The position numbers and the translations under genes are program-made. A stretch of 64,000 nt of DNA, taken from the IMG/VR virus record IMGVR_UViG_3300042868_005134, positions 124,001 to 188,000 of that record; one strand, given 5' to 3'. Below the pieces are notes generated by a model that saw nothing but the letters and a program-made list of their open reading frames with translations, was not told the DNA's origin and searched no databases. Shown in pieces: positions 54,843 through 62,590 of the stretch; position 1 is the stretch's first letter, and each line of letters opens with the position of its first letter.

Positions 54843-55852
54843 AGGCTATTATAGATACTCAATAATACTTTACTATCGAAAGTGTCACTTTCGATATTGA
54901 CCAACTGATTGCTCACAATTTGATCCACACTTTCAAATGCTTGTATATTGATATCAGTATTGATTTCAACTTCTTTCTTTTCAGATATCAGTGTTAGTTC
55001 TCTAATATCATAATCACTAATAAATTTTTCCTTGATAAAGCTAGCTTCTTCGTAGCTGATGTCAATGTCGAGACTTACTCGCAGATGCATCTTGCTGGTA
55101 ATCAGCGTATCTGCTTCGTCAATCAACTGACTTAATTTAATAGTTCTAAATTTAGGACACTCTGTCCAGTTAATATACTGGGGCACACCATCCCACTCTA
55201 AAATCATCATGCCGCGTTCGTCGTCCCACGTATCAGCATAGTTGTGCGGAAACGCATTACCAATGTAATGCATATTTTGACGTTGTTGTCGTTTATGAAA
55301 GTGTCCGCTAAACCCAAGTTCGTAGTTTTTAAAACTATCCAACTGAATTTCACCATGATCCGGCATCTGAACCATGGCATTCATGAAGAAACTGGGCAAT
55401 TCAAAGTGACCAAAGATATATTTGCCACCTTTCTTGCCTATGGTTTTCCATTCGTCTCCGACAAGCCACGGACATAAGGTGACGTCGCCAATAGTAGTAG
55501 GTTCGTGTACCACAGTAATTCCAGGAATATACTTTCCGAATTCGACGCTGTGAATATCCCGCTTGTCTTTGTAATAAAGATCATGATTACCAGGAAAGAA
55601 ATAAAACTTATCAAAAGCCTGTCCCAGTTTCTCAAGGGCTCTAAGGCTGTAGTCCATAGTTGTAATATTAAGACTATTGCGGTTGTGATGCCAATCGCCC
55701 ATAAAAATACCTGTATCACATCCGTTCTCCTTGGCCTTTGCAATATACCAATCAACAAAATCTTCACAGTCTTGATTGTGTGTTTGACTGTTTGATTTTA
55801 ATCCAAAATGTATGTCTGTAAAGCAAGCAACTTTTTTAAATAAATTACTCAC
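54839..55852 (-). CDS. gp47: Recombination endonuclease nuclease subunit (gp47 / Mre11-SbcD-like)
   Basis: Metallophosphoesterase motifs DIHFG, GDWHHNR, GNHD, GHFE, SGHFH; probable GTG start at 55852 (ORF track gives 55861). Confidence 0.95.
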   Translation of the reverse strand: MSNLFKKVACFTDIHFGLKSNSQTHNQDCEDFVDWYIAKAKENGCDTGIFMGDWHHNRNSLNITTMDYSLRALEKLGQAFDKFYFFPGNHDLYYKDKRDIHSVEFGKYIPGITVVHEPTTIGDVTLCPWLVGDEWKTIGKKGGKYIFGHFELPSFFMNAMVQMPDHGEIQLDSFKNYELGFSGHFHKRQQRQNMHYIGNAFPHNYADTWDDERGMMILEWDGVPQYINWTECPKFRTIKLSQLIDEADTLITSKMHLRVSLDIDISYEEASFIKEKFISDYDIRELTLISEKKEVEINTDINIQAFESVDQIVSNQLVNIESDTFDSKVLLSIYNSL

Positions 55853-56669
55853 CTGATTCACCTTCGAAACGTTTTATAGCATTTGCATGTTCACCAGCGC
55901 CAGTTCTGCTGTAGCTAGGATTCATGCCATTCATCTCCAATAGGTCGTCACGAATATTTTGATTACGTTTTTCTAAATTAATAATGCGAACAAAACTGTT
56001 AGTCACCGCTGCCGTAAAGTAGGCAAATGGGTTATCACTTTTGCTTTCATCAAATTGTAAACCAATTTGTGTTAGTTGTAAAATAGCCTGTCCTTTCATT
56101 TCGTCGTTGTAAGTATAACCTCGTACATTGCCTCTTGTGGCATATCGTTCACATAATTTAATGTACATACGGGCAAGTGTATTTGTAATCTGCCCGTGAT
56201 CTTTGTTAAATTTACCAGTTTCTAAATCACCCTTCCAGTGACTTTTTCCAACACATACTAAAATATCTTTATCGTCGAACTTCCAGTGTTGAAATGGAGG
56301 AAAATTAACTTTATCTCTATGATCCGCTATGGTCTTTGGATTTTTTTTACGGGTACCGTTTAACGGAATGTGCTCAAACGACATAATTCTAAACACAATG
56401 TCTGTTTTAGCAATCTTTTTATAGTCCACTTCGCAGTCTGCTTGTTTGACTTTTTCCCCGGCAGCTTTACGTCGAGCATACGCCTCTTGACTCATTCGTT
56501 TGGCCTGTGCCCGTTTAGCTTCAGCAACAGTTCGAATGTTAATTTTATCAACAGTGGGCAATATCAAATCATAACGATGATATTCTGGTTGGGTAAATGA
56601 GCAGAATGTATTTTTGCTTTTGTGTATTTCTTCTAATAAATCTTTGTTGTTTAAGTAATTAACTTTCAT
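55845..56669 (-). CDS. gp55: Late-transcription sigma factor (gp55-like) with large insertion
   Basis: 'YLNNKDLL', 'N.RGYTYNDEM', 'FD..KSDNPFAYFT....NSF.R....EK'; directly upstream of gp47/gp46. Confidence 0.85.
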   Translation of the reverse strand: MKVNYLNNKDLLEEIHKSKNTFCSFTQPEYHRYDLILPTVDKINIRTVAEAKRAQAKRMSQEAYARRKAAGEKVKQADCEVDYKKIAKTDIVFRIMSFEHIPLNGTRKKNPKTIADHRDKVNFPPFQHWKFDDKDILVCVGKSHWKGDLETGKFNKDHGQITNTLARMYIKLCERYATRGNVRGYTYNDEMKGQAILQLTQIGLQFDESKSDNPFAYFTAAVTNSFVRIINLEKRNQNIRDDLLEMNGMNPSYSRTGAGEHANAIKRFEGESGE

Positions 56670-56691
56670 GCGAGTCCTAGGTTCTAGTACT

Positions 56692-56720
56692 ATTATAAAC
56701 TACCCAGATTATTTTGTCAA
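56692..56720 (-). promoter_or_regulatory. Perfect consensus sigma70 promoter for the gp55-47-46 operon
   Basis: TTGACA(56720-56715)-N17-TATAAT(56697-56692). Confidence 0.9.
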
Positions 56721-56727
56721 CTAAATA
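56721..56727 (+). promoter_or_regulatory. Late promoter (CTAAATA) for baseplate operon
   Basis: Abuts the -35 box of the divergent sigma70 promoter; SD AGGAG and ATG at 56748 follow. Confidence 0.65.
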
Positions 56728-56747
56728 GAAGACAAAAGGAGAAATCA

Positions 56748-57755
56748 ATGGCAGATTTTGGATCAATATTGAATACAGCAGCCAGTACTGTTGGCGGCGC
56801 ATTGTCGACTGCAGGTAGATTAGCCGGTGCGCTTAATAATTTATCTAACCCAGCTGCCTTGATCTCGTCATTACGGAGCATCAACCTACCGAAAGGTGGC
56901 GAATCAGGATCATCCAGCGCAGCCGGTGTTTCGTTTGGCGGAGCCGATGCCAGCAGCGATTGGCGTGTACGTTTGGCAATTCCGCCTGCATTTTCCAGTA
57001 GTCCAATGTTAAGCCCGTTAGTACAAGCAGGTGGACTAGTTTTTCCTTATACGCCCAGCATTGCCATTTCAAGTACTGCCAGTTACGGCGAAGAAAATTT
57101 TACGCATAGCAATTACGGATTTGTCTATTATCAAAACAGTAGAGCAAACACAATTTCAATAAATGGTGCGTTCAACGTTGAAGATGGAGAGCAGGCAATG
57201 TATTGGCTTGCCGCTGTACACTGTCTAAGAAGTGCCACAAAGATGTTTACCGGCGAAGGTGACCTTCAAGGCAATCCTCCTCCTATTTTTAAATTAAACG
57301 GCTACGGTGATTATGTTTTTAAAAACATTCCGGTAGTGATTGAAAGTTTTTCTATCAATTTGCCTGCTGACACAAACTATATTAATACAAGTACAGCATT
57401 CGCAGGTAGTGAGGTAACTGGCGGCCTCGGTGGCGCACTTAGTTCTGTAGCTGGCATAGCAGGCGTATCAGCTGGTCTAGCAGGACTAGCAGGCGCTTTG
57501 GGAGCAAATAAAATAGCCAATGCTCTAGGAACAATTGGTGCAATAGGTGGAGCCGTAGCAGGCGTTGGCAAATTAATTTCAGGTGTAACTGCTCTTGCAG
57601 GTGGTGGCAGTTTTGCCACATCTGGTAACAGTTGGGTGCCAGTCAAAAGTGAATTACAAATAACAGTGCGTCCTATCTATAGTAGAGAAGCTGTTCGTAG
57701 ATTTAGTTTACAGAAATTTGTTAAAGGTGATTATGTTAACGGAGGTTATGTATAA
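56748..57755 (+). CDS. Baseplate / tail-tube initiator-like protein
   Basis: 'DWRVRL', 'GLVFPYTPSI', 'THSNY.F..YQNS', 'GNPPPIFKLNGYGDYVFKNIPVVI'; first gene of the baseplate operon. Confidence 0.65.
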   Translation: MADFGSILNTAASTVGGALSTAGRLAGALNNLSNPAALISSLRSINLPKGGESGSSSAAGVSFGGADASSDWRVRLAIPPAFSSSPMLSPLVQAGGLVFPYTPSIAISSTASYGEENFTHSNYGFVYYQNSRANTISINGAFNVEDGEQAMYWLAAVHCLRSATKMFTGEGDLQGNPPPIFKLNGYGDYVFKNIPVVIESFSINLPADTNYINTSTAFAGSEVTGGLGGALSSVAGIAGVSAGLAGLAGALGANKIANALGTIGAIGGAVAGVGKLISGVTALAGGGSFATSGNSWVPVKSELQITVRPIYSREAVRRFSLQKFVKGDYVNGGYV

Positions 57756-58057
57756 TGGCCGCTACTTACACAAGTTCGAGTCCTTGGTTTAATACTTCGG
57801 TGATTCAAAATTATCTTGGAATCTTGTCTATTAGACCAGTTAGCTCGGAGCCAGATGATTTTCTTTATACTATCGAACCTCAGTATTCTCACAGGCCTGA
57901 TCTATTGGCCTATGACCTATATGGCACATCTAAACTGTGGTGGGTATTCATACAACGTAATCTTGACGTACTTCAAGATCCAATATATGATTTTATTCCA
58001 GGAGTAGAAATCTATATTCCTAAACGCTCAGGACTTTCGAAAGTGTTAGGAGTCTAA
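57755..58057 (+). CDS. gp53: Baseplate wedge protein (gp53-like, LysM-like)
   Basis: 'RPDLLAYDLYGTSKLWWVF..RN...L.DPIYDF.PG..I.IP'. Confidence 0.8.
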   Translation: MAATYTSSSPWFNTSVIQNYLGILSIRPVSSEPDDFLYTIEPQYSHRPDLLAYDLYGTSKLWWVFIQRNLDVLQDPIYDFIPGVEIYIPKRSGLSKVLGV

Positions 58058-58058
58058 T

Positions 58059-60515
58059 ATGCCATCTTTTGATCTTGCCAGTGCTGCCACCACTGCTTCT
58101 AACACAGTTAATAAAGTTTTATCGGATACAGGTGTTGCTAAAGGTCTTTCAGCTGCCAGTAATAGTATCACCAGTGCTGCAAATGCTATTAAATCAGGAT
58201 TAAGCGTCAACATAAGTAACATCACTTCTAGTTTGCCAGGGGTTGCCGAATTAGAAAACGCCATACAACAAGCTAAAAGTAACATAAACAAGTTAGGTAA
58301 TCTTACTGAAAACGCTACCAAGGCCCAGACGCAAGTGGCGTTAGAAGCTAAACCGCCGTTTCCTAACATACTTCATCAATATGCCAGTTACAATTATATT
58401 TTCACATTAAGTGTATTAGATGATGCCAGTTTAAATTTTCCAAATGAGACTTATCGTAAAGGTCTATTAGGCCCAATAATTTTAAAAAGCGGCAACGGCA
58501 ACCCTTCAGACAGGGTACCTACCGCAAACAAAACAAAATCAAACCCTGACGGCAGTTTTGATTTTTATATTGAAGATGTACAGATCAATAGTTCCGTAGG
58601 TTTTGATCAAAGTACTGGTAATACCAATGCCACGGGCCTTAAATTTAAATTGATCGAACCTTACAGTATGGGAATGTTTTTTCAAACATTACAAGTTGCT
58701 GCAAAAAATGTGGGTCATGTGAATTATTTGGAAATGCCCCTGTTACTAAGTATGGAATTCAAAGGACATATTGATGCCGATTTACAAAACGTACAAATAG
58801 ATAAAACAACAAAATATTTTCCTATTAAACTTTATAAATTTTCCATGAGAGCCACAGGCAAAGGTGCCGAGTATGACATTTCTGCATACCCAGTTAACGA
58901 AAAAGCCTATAGTAAAGTATATTCTGAATTAAAAACAGATGTGTCGATAACAGGAAAAAATGTGGGAGAAATGTTACAAACTGGAGAGAAAAGTTTACAA
59001 GCAGTTTTGAATACACGTTTAAATGAAGCAGTCAAACGTAAAGATGTTGTTGTGGCTGATCAAATATTAATTAGTTTTCCTAAAGATTTAAAAACAGGTG
59101 ATGCTAATCCTCCCAGTAATGATTCTACTTCTAGTGCTGGTGCAACCATAAACCCTAATAGTTCATCTGGTGGGGACATGAACTTGTTTAAAAAACTAGG
59201 AGTCACCACCAGCAGCATTAACAAAACACAAGTACAAGATGAATCTGAAATGAATGATGTTGGTAAAAGTACAATGGGATTCAACTTGTATAATAAAGGT
59301 GCTACTCCGTTTGCTAAAGATAATCTTGCCTACGATGAAAAATCTGGAACTTACAAGCGTGGCGCTATTTCTATCAATCCTGAATCTAGTGAATTTAAAT
59401 TTACCCAAGGCAGCGATGTTGTTAACGCTATCAATCAAGTGATCTTGATGAGCGAATACGGAAGAACCGCTCTAAGTCAAATAACTCCTGAAGGTACAGT
59501 ACAGTGGTGGAGAGTTGAAACACACTTGTACTATATTCCTTCAGATGAAAATATTAAAAAAACAGGGGTTAAGCCTAAATTAATTGTTTATAGAATTGTT
59601 CCTTACGATGCTTCTGCCAGCGCATTTTTACCTCCGAACACTCCAAACCCTGGAACAGAAAAAGCCAAAGAACAAGTTATTAAAGAATACAATTATATCT
59701 ATACAGGCAAAAATTTAGATGTAATGGATTTTGATATAGAATTTAATGCCAGCTTTTTTACACAGATGAGCGCCGACGCCGGCAAGAATAGCGGAGATAA
59801 AGAGCAAAAAGCAAATGCTGGCTCTGGAGTAGAAGGCGATCCAGATAATAAAACACCAGACGGTGAAAAACCTAAAGAAGGACAAATTCCCACTACTGTA
59901 TTAAAAGACGGAATTATGACCATGACTGGCGGCAAAGGAGGTGGCGGCCTTGACGATAATGCCAGTATTGCCGCTAGACAATTCCACGACAGCATTACTA
60001 GCAATACTAGCATGATCAATTTGAATTTAACAATTCTAGGAGATCCTTATTTCCTAGGAGACAGTGGTATGGGCAACTATAGCGCAGTGGCTACAGATAA
60101 TAAATTTATCAATGCTGACGGAGCAATGAATTATCAAAGCGGCAGAGTATTAATTACTGTTAATTTTAGAACTCCAATTGATATTAACCTAGAAGATGGT
60201 GTGTATGATTTTAGTACAACCGCTGGAGTTCCACAGTTTAGTGGACTTTATCTTGTCACGCTTGTTACGTCTAATTTTAGGAGAGGTAAATTTACACAAA
60301 CTTTAAAATTAAGTAGATTACCAGGTCAAGAAGTTAAGAGCACTAAGCCTCCACAGACAGCTTCAGCGCCTACAGAAAATGAATATGCTGCAGAAGACGA
60401 TGAAGCTACTCAGGCAAGAATAACAGAGTGGGCTGCAGAAGGACCACAAACAGCTCCACTGACAGATGATCAAATATCAGCTAACAACGCAGCCCTAGGC
60501 GATTTCGCAGGATAA
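58059..60515 (+). CDS. Baseplate hub protein (gp27 / gpD-like)
   Basis: 818 aa between gp53-like and gp5-like genes; ends with 'LTILGDPYFL...V.V.FRTP.D...FSGLY.V..V.S.F..GKFTQ.L...R'. Confidence 0.65.
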   Translation: MPSFDLASAATTASNTVNKVLSDTGVAKGLSAASNSITSAANAIKSGLSVNISNITSSLPGVAELENAIQQAKSNINKLGNLTENATKAQTQVALEAKPPFPNILHQYASYNYIFTLSVLDDASLNFPNETYRKGLLGPIILKSGNGNPSDRVPTANKTKSNPDGSFDFYIEDVQINSSVGFDQSTGNTNATGLKFKLIEPYSMGMFFQTLQVAAKNVGHVNYLEMPLLLSMEFKGHIDADLQNVQIDKTTKYFPIKLYKFSMRATGKGAEYDISAYPVNEKAYSKVYSELKTDVSITGKNVGEMLQTGEKSLQAVLNTRLNEAVKRKDVVVADQILISFPKDLKTGDANPPSNDSTSSAGATINPNSSSGGDMNLFKKLGVTTSSINKTQVQDESEMNDVGKSTMGFNLYNKGATPFAKDNLAYDEKSGTYKRGAISINPESSEFKFTQGSDVVNAINQVILMSEYGRTALSQITPEGTVQWWRVETHLYYIPSDENIKKTGVKPKLIVYRIVPYDASASAFLPPNTPNPGTEKAKEQVIKEYNYIYTGKNLDVMDFDIEFNASFFTQMSADAGKNSGDKEQKANAGSGVEGDPDNKTPDGEKPKEGQIPTTVLKDGIMTMTGGKGGGGLDDNASIAARQFHDSITSNTSMINLNLTILGDPYFLGDSGMGNYSAVATDNKFINADGAMNYQSGRVLITVNFRTPIDINLEDGVYDFSTTAGVPQFSGLYLVTLVTSNFRRGKFTQTLKLSRLPGQEVKSTKPPQTASAPTENEYAAEDDEATQARITEWAAEGPQTAPLTDDQISANNAALGDFAG

Positions 60516-60518
60516 CAA

Positions 60519-62087
60519 ATGGCAGAAGATACACGACAACCCACAGGCAGTGCTGAACAAAAGCCGGGCCCATTCTTAGCAAAAGTTATCAGTCACTTGG
60601 ATCCTACCTACATGGGTACGCTACAGGTACAGCTATTAAGAGAAGTAGGTAATGACGAAGCTAAAGAAGGCCAGCTACACCAAGTAAAATATCTAACACC
60701 GTTTGGCGGACAAACTAATGTAGAGTTTATCACGGAAGAAGATGACTATAATGCCACGCAAAAAAGTTACGGCATGTGGTTCATTCCTCCTGATGTTGGT
60801 ACTATTGTCATGGTTATCTTTATTGATGGTGATCCACGTAAAGGTTATTGGATAGGATGTGTACCTGATGAAAATATGAATTTTCAAGTTCCTGGACATG
60901 CTGCCACAAAATATAATATAGACGGTACATATGAACGTGTGCCCGTTGCTGAATATAATAAAAAAGCAAGAGAAGCAGCCACAGATCCTACTAAAATTCT
61001 TAAACCTGCCAGCCCACTGCAGGATATCTTAGACGAACAAGGCCTGATAGAAGACGATATTAGGGGTATCACAACCAGCAGTGCCAGGAGAGAGATACCC
61101 AGTATGGTATTTGGCATCAGCACTCCTGGCCCAATTGATAAACGAAGCGGCGCTCCTAAAGGCAAGTTTGGTAAAGACGAGCACAAGATTGCCGCCGGAT
61201 TTATCAGCAGACTGGGCGGCAGCAGTGTGGTTATGGATGATGGAGATGATAAATTCCTTCGTCGTACTACTGCTAGTGACGGTCCTCCTGACTATGCCGC
61301 CGTTGAACAAGACGAAGATGATGGGCTTCCAGAAATTCCACACAATGAATTAATACGATTTAGAACTAGAACTGGCCATCAAATTTTGATGCACAACAGC
61401 GAAGACTTAATTTACATAGGTAACGCCCGCGGCACAACCTGGATAGAAATGTCTAGCGATGGTAAAATTGATATTTTTGCCGAAGACAGTATAAGCATAC
61501 GTACTAAACAAGATTTTAATTTTTACGCTGATAGAGATTTTAACATAGAAGTTGGTAGAAATTTTAATTTAAAAGTAGGCGCCCGCCATCAAACAGAAAT
61601 TGGCACAGACAAAATTCTAATTGTTGATTCTAACAATTTTATACAAGTTGGCGGCACACACGATGAAACCGTTGCGGATCAAACCAATATCACAGTTGGT
61701 GGCGGATTTGACCTTAACACCAGCGGCGCAAACAAATTAACATCTGGCGGAAATATGGAAATTGCCGCTGCCAACACTACAATTTCCGGTGGCAATATTA
61801 ATCTAAACGGCCCAGCTGCAGCTAGTGCAGTCGCTGCTACAGCCCCTGAACCATTGACTACTTTTGCTAATCCAGACGAAACTGAAAGTACAACAGACAG
61901 TATTATGTTACGTATTCCAAGCCACGAACCTTGGCCACATCACGAAAATTTAGATCCTGCTAGTTTTAAACCTGACTTGACTGATAGGGAAGCAGGCAGT
62001 GATATTCCTGTACCGGAGTATTGGAAAAAATATTCTACAATAACCGACACATTCTCCAAGGAAATGCCACCCGAGAACGAGGAGTAA
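60519..62087 (+). CDS. gp5: Baseplate central spike protein (gp5-like OB-fold plus beta-helix; no lysozyme domain seen)
   Basis: 'SYGMWFIPPDVG..V.V.F..G....GYWIGC', 'RTRTGHQILMHNSEDLIYIGNARGT.WIEM..DGKIDI', 'P.HEPWP.HEN'. Confidence 0.8.
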   Translation: MAEDTRQPTGSAEQKPGPFLAKVISHLDPTYMGTLQVQLLREVGNDEAKEGQLHQVKYLTPFGGQTNVEFITEEDDYNATQKSYGMWFIPPDVGTIVMVIFIDGDPRKGYWIGCVPDENMNFQVPGHAATKYNIDGTYERVPVAEYNKKAREAATDPTKILKPASPLQDILDEQGLIEDDIRGITTSSARREIPSMVFGISTPGPIDKRSGAPKGKFGKDEHKIAAGFISRLGGSSVVMDDGDDKFLRRTTASDGPPDYAAVEQDEDDGLPEIPHNELIRFRTRTGHQILMHNSEDLIYIGNARGTTWIEMSSDGKIDIFAEDSISIRTKQDFNFYADRDFNIEVGRNFNLKVGARHQTEIGTDKILIVDSNNFIQVGGTHDETVADQTNITVGGGFDLNTSGANKLTSGGNMEIAAANTTISGGNINLNGPAAASAVAATAPEPLTTFANPDETESTTDSIMLRIPSHEPWPHHENLDPASFKPDLTDREAGSDIPVPEYWKKYSTITDTFSKEMPPENEE

Positions 62088-62090
62088 ATA
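62084..62090 (+). promoter_or_regulatory. Late promoter (GTAAATA) overlapping gp5 stop codon
   Basis: 5 nt before the ATG at 62096. Confidence 0.6.
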
Positions 62091-62095
62091 CTACT

Positions 62096-62539
62096 ATGAC
62101 AGCCAATCAGAAATTATTTAACAAGGTAGTACTAAAAGGCCCTGCCGGCAGAGCAACTGTGCCTGGATCTAAAACCTACAAAGGTTTTAGCAGTGTCAGC
62201 GGCGACAGCAAGAGCTATAGCCTGTATGATCTAGCCTTAATTAAACAAGATATTATCAATCACTTTCATATTCGTCAAGGCGAACGGTTAGAAAATCCTA
62301 CGTTCGGCACTATCATATGGGATGTATTATTTGAACCGTTGACGGAAGATCTAAAACAACTTATTGTAAAAAACGTTGAACAGATTATCAATTACGATCC
62401 TCGGGTCAATGCCAACAATGTAATTGTTACAACCTACGAAAGCGGCCTACAAATAGAATGTACGCTGACTTATCTTCCTTATAACATACAAGAATCTCTC
62501 CAATTTAAATTTGACCAAGCAAATGGTCTAATCGGCTAA
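62096..62539 (+). CDS. gp25: Baseplate wedge / sheath initiator (gp25-like)
   Basis: Start moved to the ATG at 62096 (MTANQKL); 'LIKQDIINHF.IRQGER...P.FGT.IWD.LFEP', 'I.YDPRV'. Confidence 0.9.
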   Translation: MTANQKLFNKVVLKGPAGRATVPGSKTYKGFSSVSGDSKSYSLYDLALIKQDIINHFHIRQGERLENPTFGTIIWDVLFEPLTEDLKQLIVKNVEQIINYDPRVNANNVIVTTYESGLQIECTLTYLPYNIQESLQFKFDQANGLIG

Positions 62540-62563
62540 TTAAAATAGCATATAATAAAACCG

Positions 62564-62570
62564 ATAAATA
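62564..62570 (+). promoter_or_regulatory. Late promoter (ATAAATA)
   Basis: 20 nt before the ATG at 62591. Confidence 0.6.
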
Positions 62571-62590
62571 TCTGTATATGGGAAGCAGAT

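Noticed and set aside
60519-62087. Tail lysozyme domain in the gp5-like protein
   Set aside because: No T4-lysozyme-type or peptidase motif was recognised between the OB-fold and the beta-helix repeats.
4422-62095. ORF-track starts at 4422, 5885, 6912, 9870, 18235 and 62021
   Set aside because: Each extends over a promoter or neighbouring gene. Downstream starts (4485, 5873, 6969, 9945, 18205, 62096) fit promoter, SD or stop-start coupling better.
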